The position numbers were made by a program, and so were the translations under genes. 64,000 nucleotides of DNA from Bacteroidota bacterium (GTDB lineage Bacteria; Bacteroidota; Bacteroidia; UKL13-3). The stretch spans positions 15,421 to 79,420 of the forward strand of contig JANYDU010000001.1 of assembly GCA_025359805.1 (NCBI GenBank). Direction: 5' to 3'. Positions 17,122-28,600 of this stretch are shown in pieces (position 1 is the stretch's first letter; every line of letters begins with the position of its first letter). A model generated the notes under the pieces. It did not search any database and was not told the DNA's origin. It saw nothing but the letters and a program-made list of their open reading frames with translations.

Positions 17122-19278
17122 CTATTTATTTTTATTGATATGTGAAACAGCCATTCGCAATTGGACAAAACTGTATTTATCCTTTAATTTATCCTTAAGC
17201 GGAGTAAGTGTATCTTCTTCACTTATATAATAAGCATTGGCAATTTCTTGCAACTCATCCTTACTTAAAAAAGTATAAATATTTAATTCTCCTGTTTCAA
17301 CAAAAGAAGATAAGTGTGATTCAATAGTGCTTATCGCTAACCCTCTAAGTGTAGCAATTTCGGGTATAGTTTTTCCTTCTCGGTGCAAATTAAGTGTATC
17401 CACTTTTGATTGTCCTTTTGCAGCTTTATCTCTTGTAATTATTTTTTCTTCTTTCTGTTTTTTTTCAATGATGTCAATATCAAAACTTAACTCTCCAAAA
17501 GTGATACGTTGCACTGCATTTAATTTTTTCCAAATAGTTGCTTCTAATTCATTTACCAAAACATGGTATTGCTTTACTTTTGATTTTCCTTTTAACAGCG
17601 TTTGAATTTCGTTAAGGGGTCTTATTATTTCTTGATGTAATGCATTAGCAAAATATTGTTTTGCTTTAGTAACACGCTCGTTTAACAGCTCAGTATTTAT
17701 TGGTTGTTGGTTTAATATATTCTCTAATTGAGAAATAAATTTTTTAGCAAATTGTTGTTGTGTTTCTGCCCTAATTAATAAACCTAAACTCACACCTTTT
17801 AGGGTATCTTTTTCGGGTAATTTTTTTTCAGATGTTTGTTCATCAAAATATTTTAATGCTGTAATTATTTTTTGCCAATCGAATGTTTTTAATAAAAGTT
17901 GGGAGGCAAACTTTGGTTTTTCAGTTTGCAAAAAATCGGCAATACTTTCTATGCTGTTTTCTTGCGAAGTAAATTTTACAATGCGGTGGTCGTTTAAAAT
18001 ATTGTTTGATGTAATGGGTGATAAAAGGGTAATTCCATCTAATGTTCGGCAACGGCTTAAAGCCACATATACTTGTCCAGCAGCAAATGATGCCCCTGCA
18101 TCAATGTTGGCATAATCAAAAGTTAATCCTTGGCTTTTATGAATAGTAATAGCCCATGCTAATCGAATTGGATATTGCAAAAAACTTCCTAATTCTTCCT
18201 CTTCAATTTTATTGGTTTCTTTATTTAAAGTATACTTTATGCTGCTCCATTTTTCTTTTTCTAGTTCAATAGTTTGTTTGTTATCGTTTAATTCAACAGA
18301 AATATTTTCATCACTTAGTTTGATAATTTTTGCGAGACTTCCATTGTAATATTTTTTCTCTTCATTATCATTTTTAATAAACATTACCTGTGCGCCAATT
18401 TTTAATTCCAATTGTTTTTCAGTGGGTAAGGCTTTGTCAGAAAAGTCGCCTTTTATCTCTCCCGTAAACAAATGTTTTTTGCCTTGTAGTTTATTTAATT
18501 CCTCACGATTAATTGTATCTGCCATATAATTATGAGTAGTGAGTGTAATTCCTTCTTGCTTAATTTGCTTAGCCTGATAACGTGTTTTTAGTAATTGTAT
18601 GTCATCATCATTTAATGTATTGTTTCTAATATTATTGAGTAATTGGATGAACAGTTCTTCATTTTGTCGATATACTTTTTTGAGTTCGATAAATAGCAAT
18701 GGGTGTTGTTCAATAACTTTTGCATTAAAGAAAAACGGACTCTCATAATGTTCTTTCATCAGGTTCCATTCTGCATCATTTACAACGGGTGGCAATTGAA
18801 ATAAATCGCCAATAAATAATACTTGAATTCCCCCAAAAGGTTTGTTTTTTTGATTTCTAAAATGTTTTAAAATTTCATCAATGGCATCAAGCATATCTGC
18901 ACGAAGCATACTCACTTCATCAATAATTAATAATTCTAAATCATTTAATAGTTCAATTTTATCTTTACTAAATCGAATGTTTTTTATCAACCCATATTTA
19001 TCAACCGTGGCGTTGTTTCCAAATATTTTTTGCTCATCAGGCAAATAAGGAATAAATGGAAGTTGAAAAAAAGAGTGCATGGTAACACCTCCTGCATTAA
19101 TGGCAGCAACACCTGTAGGCGCAACTACTACCATGTTTTTTGATTGATGCTGTTTGATGTGTTTTAAAAAAGTAGTTTTACCCGTACCGGCTTTTCCGGT
19201 TAAAAACAAATTGCTATTGGTAAATTGGAGGATTTGAGTAGCAAGGTTAAATAAACTATTTTCTTCGAGTTGGTTCAT
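17122..19278 (-). CDS. PIF1/RecD-like SF1B helicase with C-terminal helix-turn-helix
   Basis: LTGKAGTGKTT, APTGVAA, IIDEVSM, GDLFQLPPV, WAITIHKSQGLT, GQVYVALSRC; C-terminus IPEIATLRGLAISTIESHL. Confidence 0.9.
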   Translation of the reverse strand: MNQLEENSLFNLATQILQFTNSNLFLTGKAGTGKTTFLKHIKQHQSKNMVVVAPTGVAAINAGGVTMHSFFQLPFIPYLPDEQKIFGNNATVDKYGLIKNIRFSKDKIELLNDLELLIIDEVSMLRADMLDAIDEILKHFRNQKNKPFGGIQVLFIGDLFQLPPVVNDAEWNLMKEHYESPFFFNAKVIEQHPLLFIELKKVYRQNEELFIQLLNNIRNNTLNDDDIQLLKTRYQAKQIKQEGITLTTHNYMADTINREELNKLQGKKHLFTGEIKGDFSDKALPTEKQLELKIGAQVMFIKNDNEEKKYYNGSLAKIIKLSDENISVELNDNKQTIELEKEKWSSIKYTLNKETNKIEEEELGSFLQYPIRLAWAITIHKSQGLTFDYANIDAGASFAAGQVYVALSRCRTLDGITLLSPITSNNILNDHRIVKFTSQENSIESIADFLQTEKPKFASQLLLKTFDWQKIITALKYFDEQTSEKKLPEKDTLKGVSLGLLIRAETQQQFAKKFISQLENILNQQPINTELLNERVTKAKQYFANALHQEIIRPLNEIQTLLKGKSKVKQYHVLVNELEATIWKKLNAVQRITFGELSFDIDIIEKKQKEEKIITRDKAAKGQSKVDTLNLHREGKTIPEIATLRGLAISTIESHLSSFVETGELNIYTFLSKDELQEIANAYYISEEDTLTPLKDKLKDKYSFVQLRMAVSHINKNK

Positions 19279-19314
19279 GATAAAAATTTGTTTCGGGAAC
19301 AAATTAAAGTAAAA

Positions 19315-22300
19315 TTATTTTACCTCACGGTTTCCAATAATTAATTCGATAGTTCCATGTCTATGAATATGTAATCCTGAGCGTTTTTTTATATCAACCA
19401 AATAAACATAAACACCCTCACTTGCTTCTACACCTTTTTCGTTTTTTCCATTCCAATTAAATTTTGGATCAGTTGATTCAAAGAATAAATTTTCCCAACG
19501 GTTATAAATCCAAATATGAAATACATCGCACTTTTGTGATACTCCTCTTATCTCAAAAAAGTCATTCACTCCATCTCCATTTGGAGTGAACACATTTGGA
19601 ATAATTACTTCTTCAATAGTATCTCCGTCTATATAAAATGTTTTTGTAACAGAATCTGCACATGGGCTTCCGGGATTACTGATGAGGGTAATATTAAAAT
19701 AATCGGTTCGTGGATATTGATGAATTGGATTTATTTCTGTTGACGAATCGCCATCACCAAAATACCATTTATATGGAACGTTTGAAGTGAGCGAAGTGAA
19801 ATTATTAAAAGTAACTTTTAAAGAGCAACTGTCTCTTCCAATTCCAAAATCAGCTCCCGATTTGGAGTTCACATTAAAAGTTTTGGTAATACTATCTAAT
19901 ACGTTACAAGTTGCCGAATCAACTACAACTAATTTTATTTTTATAGTGCCACTATTTAAAATGGTATCGGTTAAATTTCTTGACGTGTCTTTAAAAATAT
20001 CATTCACAAACCAATAAAAATGTTTGCCCACTTTAGTTTCATTTTTTGTATGTAAAATGAATGGAGCACATAATGTAGAATCAGTTAAACTAAAATTGGC
20101 TTTCGCAATATTTGAAGTGCTATCATAAGTAAAAGTTATACTGCTTGTATCGGCACAAGGAGTATTATCTCCACTAATTAAAATGATGGTATAAGTTCCA
20201 TTTTTGTAAGCGCGAGGTGGAGGGTCTTTTTCATAAGTTGACGAGGTTCCATCACCAAAATACCACGTGTAATTATCTATAGGAATATTTTGATAGGTTG
20301 TACTTTTATTAATGAAATGAATTAATGGTCCGCAGGTATCTCTGTAAATTTCAAAAATGCTTTTTCCTGAAACATTTACAAAAATATTTTTTTGAATGGA
20401 GTCGGATTTATTGCAAGTATTACTATCCGTAATCACCAATTTTATTTTGTATAAATTAGGATTGACAAGTGTATCAAAATAATTAAAATTTGTTGATTGA
20501 AGTAGCCCATTTTTATACCAATAAAAATGTTGCCCCAAATTGTTTACTGTGTTTTCACAAAATAAAAATTGCGGAGCACAACCTACTAGAGGATGTAAAA
20601 TAAAGTTTGAAACAATGTAATATCGATTGCTGTCATAGTCAATAACGCTAAATGCTGTATCTGAACAAAAGCTTCCAGGGTTGGTAACCAGCTTAACCAA
20701 AAATAGATTATTTGATAGGTATTTATGAGTAGGATTTTGTTGTGTAGATGTGTTGCCATCACCAAAATGCCAAACAAATTGATAAGGCGTATTATTATAT
20801 GAAGTAGAATGATTGAAGAATTGAAATGTCCGTCCGCAGGTATCCATAACATAAGAGAATGCTGCATGTGTAGTTGATTTAGTTTGAAGGGTTTGTTGAA
20901 CGGAATCTATTTTTTTGCAACTCACAGAATCCTTTACTATTAATTTTACCACAATTGTTTTTTCGGTTGTAAACGAATCCATAAATTGAAGTGATGAGTC
21001 TTTTAAAACATTATCATAATACCATAAAAATTTCTTTCCATTTATTGATGAATTGGTGAAGGTAACCGTGGAAGGTAAACAGGATTGAAGTGGATTAATA
21101 CTCATTCTTGCATACAGCATTTGAGGAGTTATTTTTACATTAATTGTGTCATAAAGTGTGTCTGTACAAAGTCCTCCAGGTTTGCTAATTAATTTAACAA
21201 TATAGTTTCCTGAATCTTTATAAATATGTATTGGATTTTTTTGTGATGAAGTATCTCCATCGCCAAAATACCAAAAATAATTTTCTGTGTCTCCAGGGTA
21301 AATTATAGATTGATTGACAAAAGAAGTTTTAAAAGAACATGTATCAAATTGAACTGCAAATTTACTCTGAACCGAGCCTTCAATAGTTAGCGTTTTAGTA
21401 ATGCTATCAATAATGATACATCTTGATGAATCAATAGCGATCAGTTTAATACTATGAGTTCCTTTTGTTGGAAATAAAAATTGATAATTCATTGTGGTGT
21501 CTTTAAATATTCCATCCACATACCAGTAATAATTTTTTCCATTATAGCTGTTATTGGTAAAGGAAACGTTTCTGTTTGAACAACCTGTGCGGGGAGCAAT
21601 AATAAAATCGGCAATCACGGCATCATTAATTCTAAAATCTAATTTAACACACACTTCACTGCATCTTGGACTTTTATTTTTAGGGGAATAAGAGCCTGAT
21701 GTGGTAGGAAAATTTCCATTCTTACCTTTATCACAACTTGCACAAATAGCCTGATAAATTACGCCACGTTTATCAAATCTACTTGTTCCGCCATCCACAT
21801 GATCGGGGTTTCCGTTTTCGCCTAAAAAACTCGAATAAAATAAACTCTTGGCATCTTTTTTTAAAACGAATAAAAAGAAATCGCTACCATCAGTTGTCTT
21901 TTGTAAAGCATCAGCAGTGCATGTTAAATTTGTTGTGTTGCTATAAAAATTTGTTTTATAAAGAGCTTTCCCATTTCCATAATCATTTACTTCTCCACCC
22001 CAACATGATGCATAAATATTTCCGCATGCATCTACAATAAATGCGGTAGGAGAAATGGTATTATTTTGTATTCCATTTCCAATAACAGTTGAGAGTTCAA
22101 GTGTGTCTAATTCTTTACTAAACCTCGATACATATAAACTTCCTTTTGCATTACTATACACATTATTTGTTACCGGCATCGAATCAAAATTTTGCCCAAG
22201 CACATTTACCTTTCCTTTTGTATCTAATTTTACAAAATACGTTTGATCATATTTTGCACTTCCCCAAAACATAGAACGCATTAACGTACTTCCATTGGCA

Positions 22301-23928
22301 CTAATTTTTGCGATAAATCCATCAACTGGTCCACCAGAAAATGTATTTTTATAAACACCAGTTGTTATCGGAAAATTTCTACTTTGAGTACCGCCTGCTA
22401 CATAAATATTTCCTTGCACATCAATATCTAAAGAATAGGCAGCATCATGATTGGATTCGCCTAAATAGGACGACCAAATTAATTTTTTTAGTGAACTGTC
22501 TAACTTAAAAACGCAAGCTTCTTGCCCGCCCTTATTTGTAGTTTGAAATGCTCCTGTAGTAGTTGGAAAATTGCTAGAAGAAGTTGTTGATGCAATAATA
22601 ATTTCATTGGCATCATTCACTTGCACTTCGCCTCTAAATTCATCGGCATAATTCATGCGTAAACTGTCGGCCAGCATAATCCCATCCCATCCAGAACCTC
22701 CAATATAGGTAGAGCCAACTAAAGCTGTTCCATCACTATTAAATTTTGTAACAATAATATCTGATTCAGTTGTTGTACTATTAAATGTTGTATCAAAAGC
22801 AAAATGTGTTATAGGAAAATTAACAGAATGTGTACTTCCAAAAACAATCAATCGGTTTTGTTTATCAACAATTAAACTATGCGGATATTCATCTCGATTT
22901 CCGCCTAAATAAGTTGCATAAATGAGTGCCGAGCCATCATTATTATATTTACTAACTGAAATGTCGCAGGGGAAACCATTTTGTGGCCATTGCCCAACAC
23001 CGCCATTATAATTTTGTTGAAACGCCCCCGCTGTTGCAGGATATTTTAAACTATTTCCATAATCAGTTACAATTCCGGCAATGTAAGCGTTACCATCATT
23101 ATCATAGGTTGCCGTGTATCCAAAATTATCAACTTGTGAACCGGAGTATGTTGAGAAAACCACAACAGGGTCGATAATTATTGGAAGAGTTGTGTTATAG
23201 TTTCCCATTTTAAAACTCAATACATTTTCTTCCAAAACAAACTCGCACAATACTTCTTTTTGCATGCCTTCAATTATTTGATAGGCGTATGGTTTCATTT
23301 CTATATAATCAAATACACTGGTTTTAACGTATAGTGCTCCAGCTTTTAAACTCATATTATCGGCTCCATCATATTTCATTTTTATAGATGAAGTGTTGAT
23401 ACCGGGCTCAATAATAAAATCATATTTTAATGAACCGGTTTCTTCTTGCGTATAAAATTTAAGATCTACTCCTTGATAAATATTTTTAATAGAAACTTCT
23501 GAATAAGGTTTCACACCTGATTTCCATCGTTTGTTATCATTGCCTAAAAAATAATTGTAATACTGCGTAAAGGGCTTTTCTGAAAGAGGTTTGGCATTTA
23601 TGTTACTGTTTAAAAAACTAATTCGTAGCGCATGCCCTTTTACGGTAAAAGGTTTGTGATAATTTTCAATAGGGCGAGGATGCTTTACCAAATTTGCTAC
23701 ATCATCTTTATCATAAAAAAAATATTGTAACGCATTTTTTTCGATATATAAATGAGCATTAAATAAATTCACTGAATACAAAGAAGGATTATCCCACTGC
23801 CCTTTGTTTTCAATAAATTCAAATTTTTTGGTTGAAGTGTTTTGAGGATTATGCGCAGTTATTACACCAATGCAAACAAGCATCAACAACAAAGAAAAAA
23901 ACAAATATGGTAAATGGTTTTTTTTCAA
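19315..23928 (-). CDS. 1537-aa T9SS type-B cargo: N-terminal FIENKGQ domain, SBBP beta-propeller repeats, tandem PKD repeats, gliding-motility (CHU_C) tail
   Basis: FIENKGQW; repeated YSTY.GG..D..Y...VD; repeated W.FGDG.TS...NP.H.Y; C-terminus IPNVFTPNGDGVNDFF..IYNRW..WNG..GVYVY. Confidence 0.9.
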   Translation of the reverse strand: MKKNHLPYLFFSLLLMLVCIGVITAHNPQNTSTKKFEFIENKGQWDNPSLYSVNLFNAHLYIEKNALQYFFYDKDDVANLVKHPRPIENYHKPFTVKGHALRISFLNSNINAKPLSEKPFTQYYNYFLGNDNKRWKSGVKPYSEVSIKNIYQGVDLKFYTQEETGSLKYDFIIEPGINTSSIKMKYDGADNMSLKAGALYVKTSVFDYIEMKPYAYQIIEGMQKEVLCEFVLEENVLSFKMGNYNTTLPIIIDPVVVFSTYSGSQVDNFGYTATYDNDGNAYIAGIVTDYGNSLKYPATAGAFQQNYNGGVGQWPQNGFPCDISVSKYNNDGSALIYATYLGGNRDEYPHSLIVDKQNRLIVFGSTHSVNFPITHFAFDTTFNSTTTESDIIVTKFNSDGTALVGSTYIGGSGWDGIMLADSLRMNYADEFRGEVQVNDANEIIIASTTSSSNFPTTTGAFQTTNKGGQEACVFKLDSSLKKLIWSSYLGESNHDAAYSLDIDVQGNIYVAGGTQSRNFPITTGVYKNTFSGGPVDGFIAKISANGSTLMRSMFWGSAKYDQTYFVKLDTKGKVNVLGQNFDSMPVTNNVYSNAKGSLYVSRFSKELDTLELSTVIGNGIQNNTISPTAFIVDACGNIYASCWGGEVNDYGNGKALYKTNFYSNTTNLTCTADALQKTTDGSDFFLFVLKKDAKSLFYSSFLGENGNPDHVDGGTSRFDKRGVIYQAICASCDKGKNGNFPTTSGSYSPKNKSPRCSEVCVKLDFRINDAVIADFIIAPRTGCSNRNVSFTNNSYNGKNYYWYVDGIFKDTTMNYQFLFPTKGTHSIKLIAIDSSRCIIIDSITKTLTIEGSVQSKFAVQFDTCSFKTSFVNQSIIYPGDTENYFWYFGDGDTSSQKNPIHIYKDSGNYIVKLISKPGGLCTDTLYDTINVKITPQMLYARMSINPLQSCLPSTVTFTNSSINGKKFLWYYDNVLKDSSLQFMDSFTTEKTIVVKLIVKDSVSCKKIDSVQQTLQTKSTTHAAFSYVMDTCGRTFQFFNHSTSYNNTPYQFVWHFGDGNTSTQQNPTHKYLSNNLFLVKLVTNPGSFCSDTAFSVIDYDSNRYYIVSNFILHPLVGCAPQFLFCENTVNNLGQHFYWYKNGLLQSTNFNYFDTLVNPNLYKIKLVITDSNTCNKSDSIQKNIFVNVSGKSIFEIYRDTCGPLIHFINKSTTYQNIPIDNYTWYFGDGTSSTYEKDPPPRAYKNGTYTIILISGDNTPCADTSSITFTYDSTSNIAKANFSLTDSTLCAPFILHTKNETKVGKHFYWFVNDIFKDTSRNLTDTILNSGTIKIKLVVVDSATCNVLDSITKTFNVNSKSGADFGIGRDSCSLKVTFNNFTSLTSNVPYKWYFGDGDSSTEINPIHQYPRTDYFNITLISNPGSPCADSVTKTFYIDGDTIEEVIIPNVFTPNGDGVNDFFEIRGVSQKCDVFHIWIYNRWENLFFESTDPKFNWNGKNEKGVEASEGVYVYLVDIKKRSGLHIHRHGTIELIIGNREVK

Positions 23929-24013
23929 GCCCTAAATTAATTCGACTAAATTAGTGTTTAAAATGTATTCATGTGCAGTGGTTAAGAAACTTTTAAGAAA
24001 TTTTAATACCATT

Positions 24014-24040
24014 GCAACCTTACCAAAACAAATTCCGTCT
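24014..24040 (+). promoter_or_regulatory. Putative ECF-sigma autoregulatory promoter GCAACC-N16-CGTCT
   Basis: AAC-containing -35 and CGT-containing -10 at ECF-typical spacing, about 25 nt upstream of GTG 24065. Confidence 0.6.
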
Positions 24041-24064
24041 GAACCTATAATTCATAAAATAAAA

Positions 24065-24610
24065 GTGGATAAACAACTTGAGCTGTCGTTAATAAAATCT
24101 TGTGTGAGTGGAGATGGCAAAGCTCAAAAGCGATTGTACGATGAATATTCAAAAATGATGTTTGGTATATGTTTACGATACAGCAATTCAAAAGATGATG
24201 CGAAAGATATTTTGCAGGATGGCTTTATTAAAATTTTTACCAAGATAAGCCAGTATAATTTTTCAGGGTCATTTGAAGGATGGATGAAAAGAATTTTTGT
24301 AAATACTGCTCTTGAACATTACAGAACAAATAAAAATCATATGAATCAAAGTGATGTTGAATATGCTAATAACAATCCACATCATGATTATACTATTGAA
24401 AAAATATCACAAAAAGAAATATTAAATATGCTTAGTAAAATGCCTCCCGGATATCGTAATGTGCTCAACCTTTTTATTATTGAAGGATACTCGCATTCCG
24501 AAATAGGAGAAATGATGGGAATAAGTGAAGGTACTTCCAAATCACAACTTTCGCGGGCACGAATTATTTTACAACAAGAAATTATTAAACAGCAAAAAAT
24601 TAATCAATGA
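24065..24610 (+). CDS. ECF-type RNA polymerase sigma-70 factor
   Basis: AQKRLYDEY, DAKDILQDGFIKIF, FEGWMKRIFVNTAL, MPPGYRNVLNLF..EGYSHSEIG..SKSQLSRAR. GTG 24065 is preferred over the track start 23954. Confidence 0.95.
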   Translation: MDKQLELSLIKSCVSGDGKAQKRLYDEYSKMMFGICLRYSNSKDDAKDILQDGFIKIFTKISQYNFSGSFEGWMKRIFVNTALEHYRTNKNHMNQSDVEYANNNPHHDYTIEKISQKEILNMLSKMPPGYRNVLNLFIIEGYSHSEIGEMMGISEGTSKSQLSRARIILQQEIIKQQKINQ

Positions 24611-25542
24611 GCAGTATAAATAATATAGACGAACTGTTAAAAAACAGTTTTGATAACTTTGAGGCAACACCACCGACCGATGCTTGGAGTGCTATTCAGC
24701 AAGGTTTGCCCAATGCCAGTGTTTCTGGTGCCGAAACTACGGTATCAAATGCATCAACCATTATCAAATCAACAACTCTTGTTACAAAAATAGTATTGGC
24801 AATTGCTTCCATTACAACTATTACAGGTGTGTATTTTGCATACAATTATTTCGATAATCAATCAAATGAAAAAATCGTACAAACAGCTCAACAACCACTT
24901 GTTCAAGCACAATCCAATTCAGAAACAACTAAAATAGAAAACGCATCACCAGTAAAACAAAATATTGTAGCGCCATCTAATACTGAAATGAAAAGGAGTT
25001 CAGTTAAAAAAGAGGATATAAAATCAGCAAGTGAAAATCAAACTGTTTTACAAGAAAATATAGCTACAAATTCCGAAAATAATAAATCGGATATTCAACA
25101 ATCAAATTCAGAGAATAAAAAAATAGTAACAACTATTACTGAACAAAAGGGGATTCAAAATCAACCAAAAACTCAACCCGTTCAGCAATCAAAATCACGT
25201 AAAGATTATTTTGCAAGTGACGAAAAACAAATGTCTGCAATAACCAATGAAAATCAATATCAAAAGCCGAATATTCATAATGCAATAACTCCAAATAATG
25301 ATGGAGAAAATGATAGAATGATTATTGAAATTGAAAATGAATCATTGTATGATTTGAAGATTTATGATGCTGAAAATAATTTGGTTTTTGAAAGTAATAA
25401 TAAAGATAAAACTTGGGATGGAGTGGATATGAGATCAGGACAAATAAGTGAGGTAGGCCAGTATCAATATGTGTTTAAATATCAATACAAAAACAGTGAG
25501 AAAGTGCATACTACAAAAGGCATAATTTTATTGAACAGATAA
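24607..25542 (+). CDS. Putative single-pass anti-sigma factor with a low-complexity linker and a C-terminal T9SS type-B-like domain
   Basis: 4-nt overlap with the sigma gene. N-terminus IDELLKNSFDNFEATPPTDAWSAI; TM at about aa 62-82; Q/S/T/N/E/K-rich linker; tail IHNAITPNNDGEND..IYD..VF..WDG..GQYQY. Confidence 0.75.
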   Translation: MSSINNIDELLKNSFDNFEATPPTDAWSAIQQGLPNASVSGAETTVSNASTIIKSTTLVTKIVLAIASITTITGVYFAYNYFDNQSNEKIVQTAQQPLVQAQSNSETTKIENASPVKQNIVAPSNTEMKRSSVKKEDIKSASENQTVLQENIATNSENNKSDIQQSNSENKKIVTTITEQKGIQNQPKTQPVQQSKSRKDYFASDEKQMSAITNENQYQKPNIHNAITPNNDGENDRMIIEIENESLYDLKIYDAENNLVFESNNKDKTWDGVDMRSGQISEVGQYQYVFKYQYKNSEKVHTTKGIILLNR

Positions 25543-25655
25543 AAAAATTGAAAATATTAAATATTAATTATATGTTAGCGAATTCAATATCACTTAATAA
25601 AAACTTATCGGATAGGTTTTTATTAGCCATTAATAACCAACTAAACAATACTTAT

Positions 25656-28600
25656 ATGAAGCTTTTTCGACATGTGTTTATTTTCATTTTACTTTTAACC
25701 GGCACATCACAATTGTTTGCGCAAGGAACGATTGCACAGCCAGATACAATTTGTGATGGAGATCAGGTTACACTTACACTTAAGTCTTCGGTTATTAATA
25801 CAAGCAAAACAGTTGCTTATTATAAATTTTATTACGATAATACTCACGTAAACACTATGCAGGGTTTAGATAGATCTAACCCTTCTTATATATTTTTTAC
25901 TTGCCCTCCAGGAAATTGGAAAGGTTCGGCAAAAGTAGTTTATACAGATAGTACTTCAGATGATGGAGGTACAGTTGATTTTACAGTTTCGTATAGGCCT
26001 ATAGCTAATTTTTTACTAGATCCCGGATCAAATGATTCAGTGTGTTTTAATGGTGGGCATAATTCAGTATGTTTTATTAATAAATCTCTTCAAAACCCCC
26101 AAACGCCAAGCAATCCTTTAGTATCTTGTTTATGGGTATGGGGCGATGGAAATAAAGATAATATTTGTTCACCAGCTTTGGTTTGTCATTCTTATGCTTT
26201 TTTGAGTGCACTACCCTTTGATGTTACCCTAAAAATTACAGATTCAAAAGGGTGTACAAATGCAATTACAAATCCTCAGGACTCAACAGGAGGACAATCT
26301 GGATTGCCCACAGGTATTCATATTGTAGGCATCTCTAAACCCGATTTTAAATGGAAACAAATAAGCGGACCTTGTTTTAAATCATGTTACCGATTTACAA
26401 ATTTAAGTGCTGTAGCGCTGCAAAAAATTCAGTATTATCAATGGGATTTTGGAGATAAAAATTTGTGTGAAAGTTATTTTGAGCCAGACTCAAATCAGTA
26501 TACAGCGTTTGCTCCATTTTTGCCTCACGTTGCGCTATGTGATTCTGTAATTCATAAATTTGATTCATTGCAATATGATACAATTGTACATTGTTATTGC
26601 GATAGTGGAATTTTTAAACCATCACTAAAAATTATTGATTTGTTGGGTTGTGCAGATAGTCTTCGTAAAACACCACAAAATGCAGGTGGAGCTTTATTAC
26701 CTCAAAACATAAAATTCTATTTTGATATTACTTCTGCAAAAACAGATTTACAGGGAAGTAAAGGTCATGTATTAGCGGATTCGGTTTGTTCGGGAAGTGG
26801 TAATGGTGCTACTATTTGTTTTAATCAAACGCCCGTCTCTTTTGCATCAACAGGAACGGGAGATTTTGTTTGGAATTTTGGAGATCCTAATGATCCTAAC
26901 AACAAAAACTTAGACTCCATGACTTGGAATCCTTGCCATAAATATTCAGGAATGGGTTCGTTTTTCCCAGCTTTAAAAATTAAAAATATTTGCCCTGATA
27001 CTACTTTCAATTATTATGCAGCAAGAGTAGTTGGTCCATATAGAAGATATTTAGATACTTTGCCAGATGATCAAAGAGATTTAATTGATGGCTTAATATC
27101 AAATTCATCGCCTCAATTTATTTCTACAGGTTGGCTTCCTAAAAATGCTATCGGCTTTGATGGGCAAGTACTTGTGCTAAATAATTTGGATAGTGTGCAA
27201 TTGTCTTTTGTTGGACTCGTGGGCAACTTTGCAAAGTATAAAATGATTGGTAGAAATAAGTATTATGGAGATAGTGCTTATTATTTTAATACGTTGCCAT
27301 TTACTTCACCATATTCTTCAGATTTAATTCCGCCTGATTCTATACCTGTTTATAACTACTCCATTGCAGGTGCTACGCCACCGATTTTAAATATAAAAAG
27401 CACTCAATTACCAGTTTCGTGGGAAACAGGAAAGGTAGGAACAGTTCCGGTAGCTTGCGCAAGCATAATTGGGTCTAGTGCTAAACATAAATATTACTTC
27501 AATAGTATTTTAGATACCAATGGAAATATAGCACCTAAAATTTGGTATAAGTTTTCTCGGAGTTATAATTATGGTGTAAGAATTTTAGGACCTTCGGCAT
27601 CTATCGAGTCAGGTACATGGGTTCCAGCAGGAGCTCCCCCAGTTAATATTGATGCAAAACTAAAAAATCAATGTGGACCAAGAGATACAGTTGATTTTGT
27701 AAATGCAACTAATTATGAAATAAATAATCCGGTAGCACCCAATAATTACAGAGGAGGATACAAAGCTAGAAATGTTTGGAGACGTTGGGATTTTGGTGAT
27801 ATTTACGCACCTCAATGTACCTCTTTTACCAAGCCTCATGTTGGTTGGCCTGCTATTCATAATATTAATACCTATTCATATTATGTTCAAAAGGATAATA
27901 AGAATGATTACCTTTCAATACGCGATAGTTTGGTTACAGTAACTGATACCGTTAGAATGTGGAATGATGCCCTAGAACAATATATGAATAGCGATCACTT
28001 CTTTATTAGTAATGGTCAAACCTACCCTGGCAGAAGAAATTGTAATTTCTCTCATGATACTTTACCAAGGCATCATTATCCAAATTGGGATTCTGTTTAT
28101 TTATGGTACAGATACGGACATGATTTTATGCCTTGGGATACCGTTAGATTTACAAATGACCCAACCAAAGCTCCAACTTCTACCCTATACAGAGTAAAAG
28201 CTTGGGATTCAACATGGTGGGGTAAAAAAGTTTACTTAAATATTAATACAGGTGAATGGTCACTCAAACAAGATTCTGCTAAAATGTATAACTATATTTC
28301 GGGCACTTATCCTAAGTATAACCCTTGTACAGGTAAAACTACTATAGGTTATAATTTTGCTACTTCTACAACTGGCATTTGGGTAAAATGGCCTCGTATT
28401 GATACCATGGCTACAGGTGCACAACCTCAAGATTTATGGCCAGGAAACAGCCGTACAAATGGAATAGTGGCAACCCTACTTCCTGATCCTTTTCAAATGG
28501 TTTTGGGCGGTTATTATTTAATTAGTGGAGTAACTATTGATACCGTTACTCATCATCCCTCACTATTTTATACTGATCAGGGAAAAACAATTTTGCTCCC

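Noticed and set aside
23954-24064. N-terminal extension of the ECF sigma factor
   Set aside because: The region contains the putative promoter and has no sigma homology; GTG 24065 is the more plausible start. Track extensions at 25548, 16046, 59948 and 62935 were trimmed for similar reasons.
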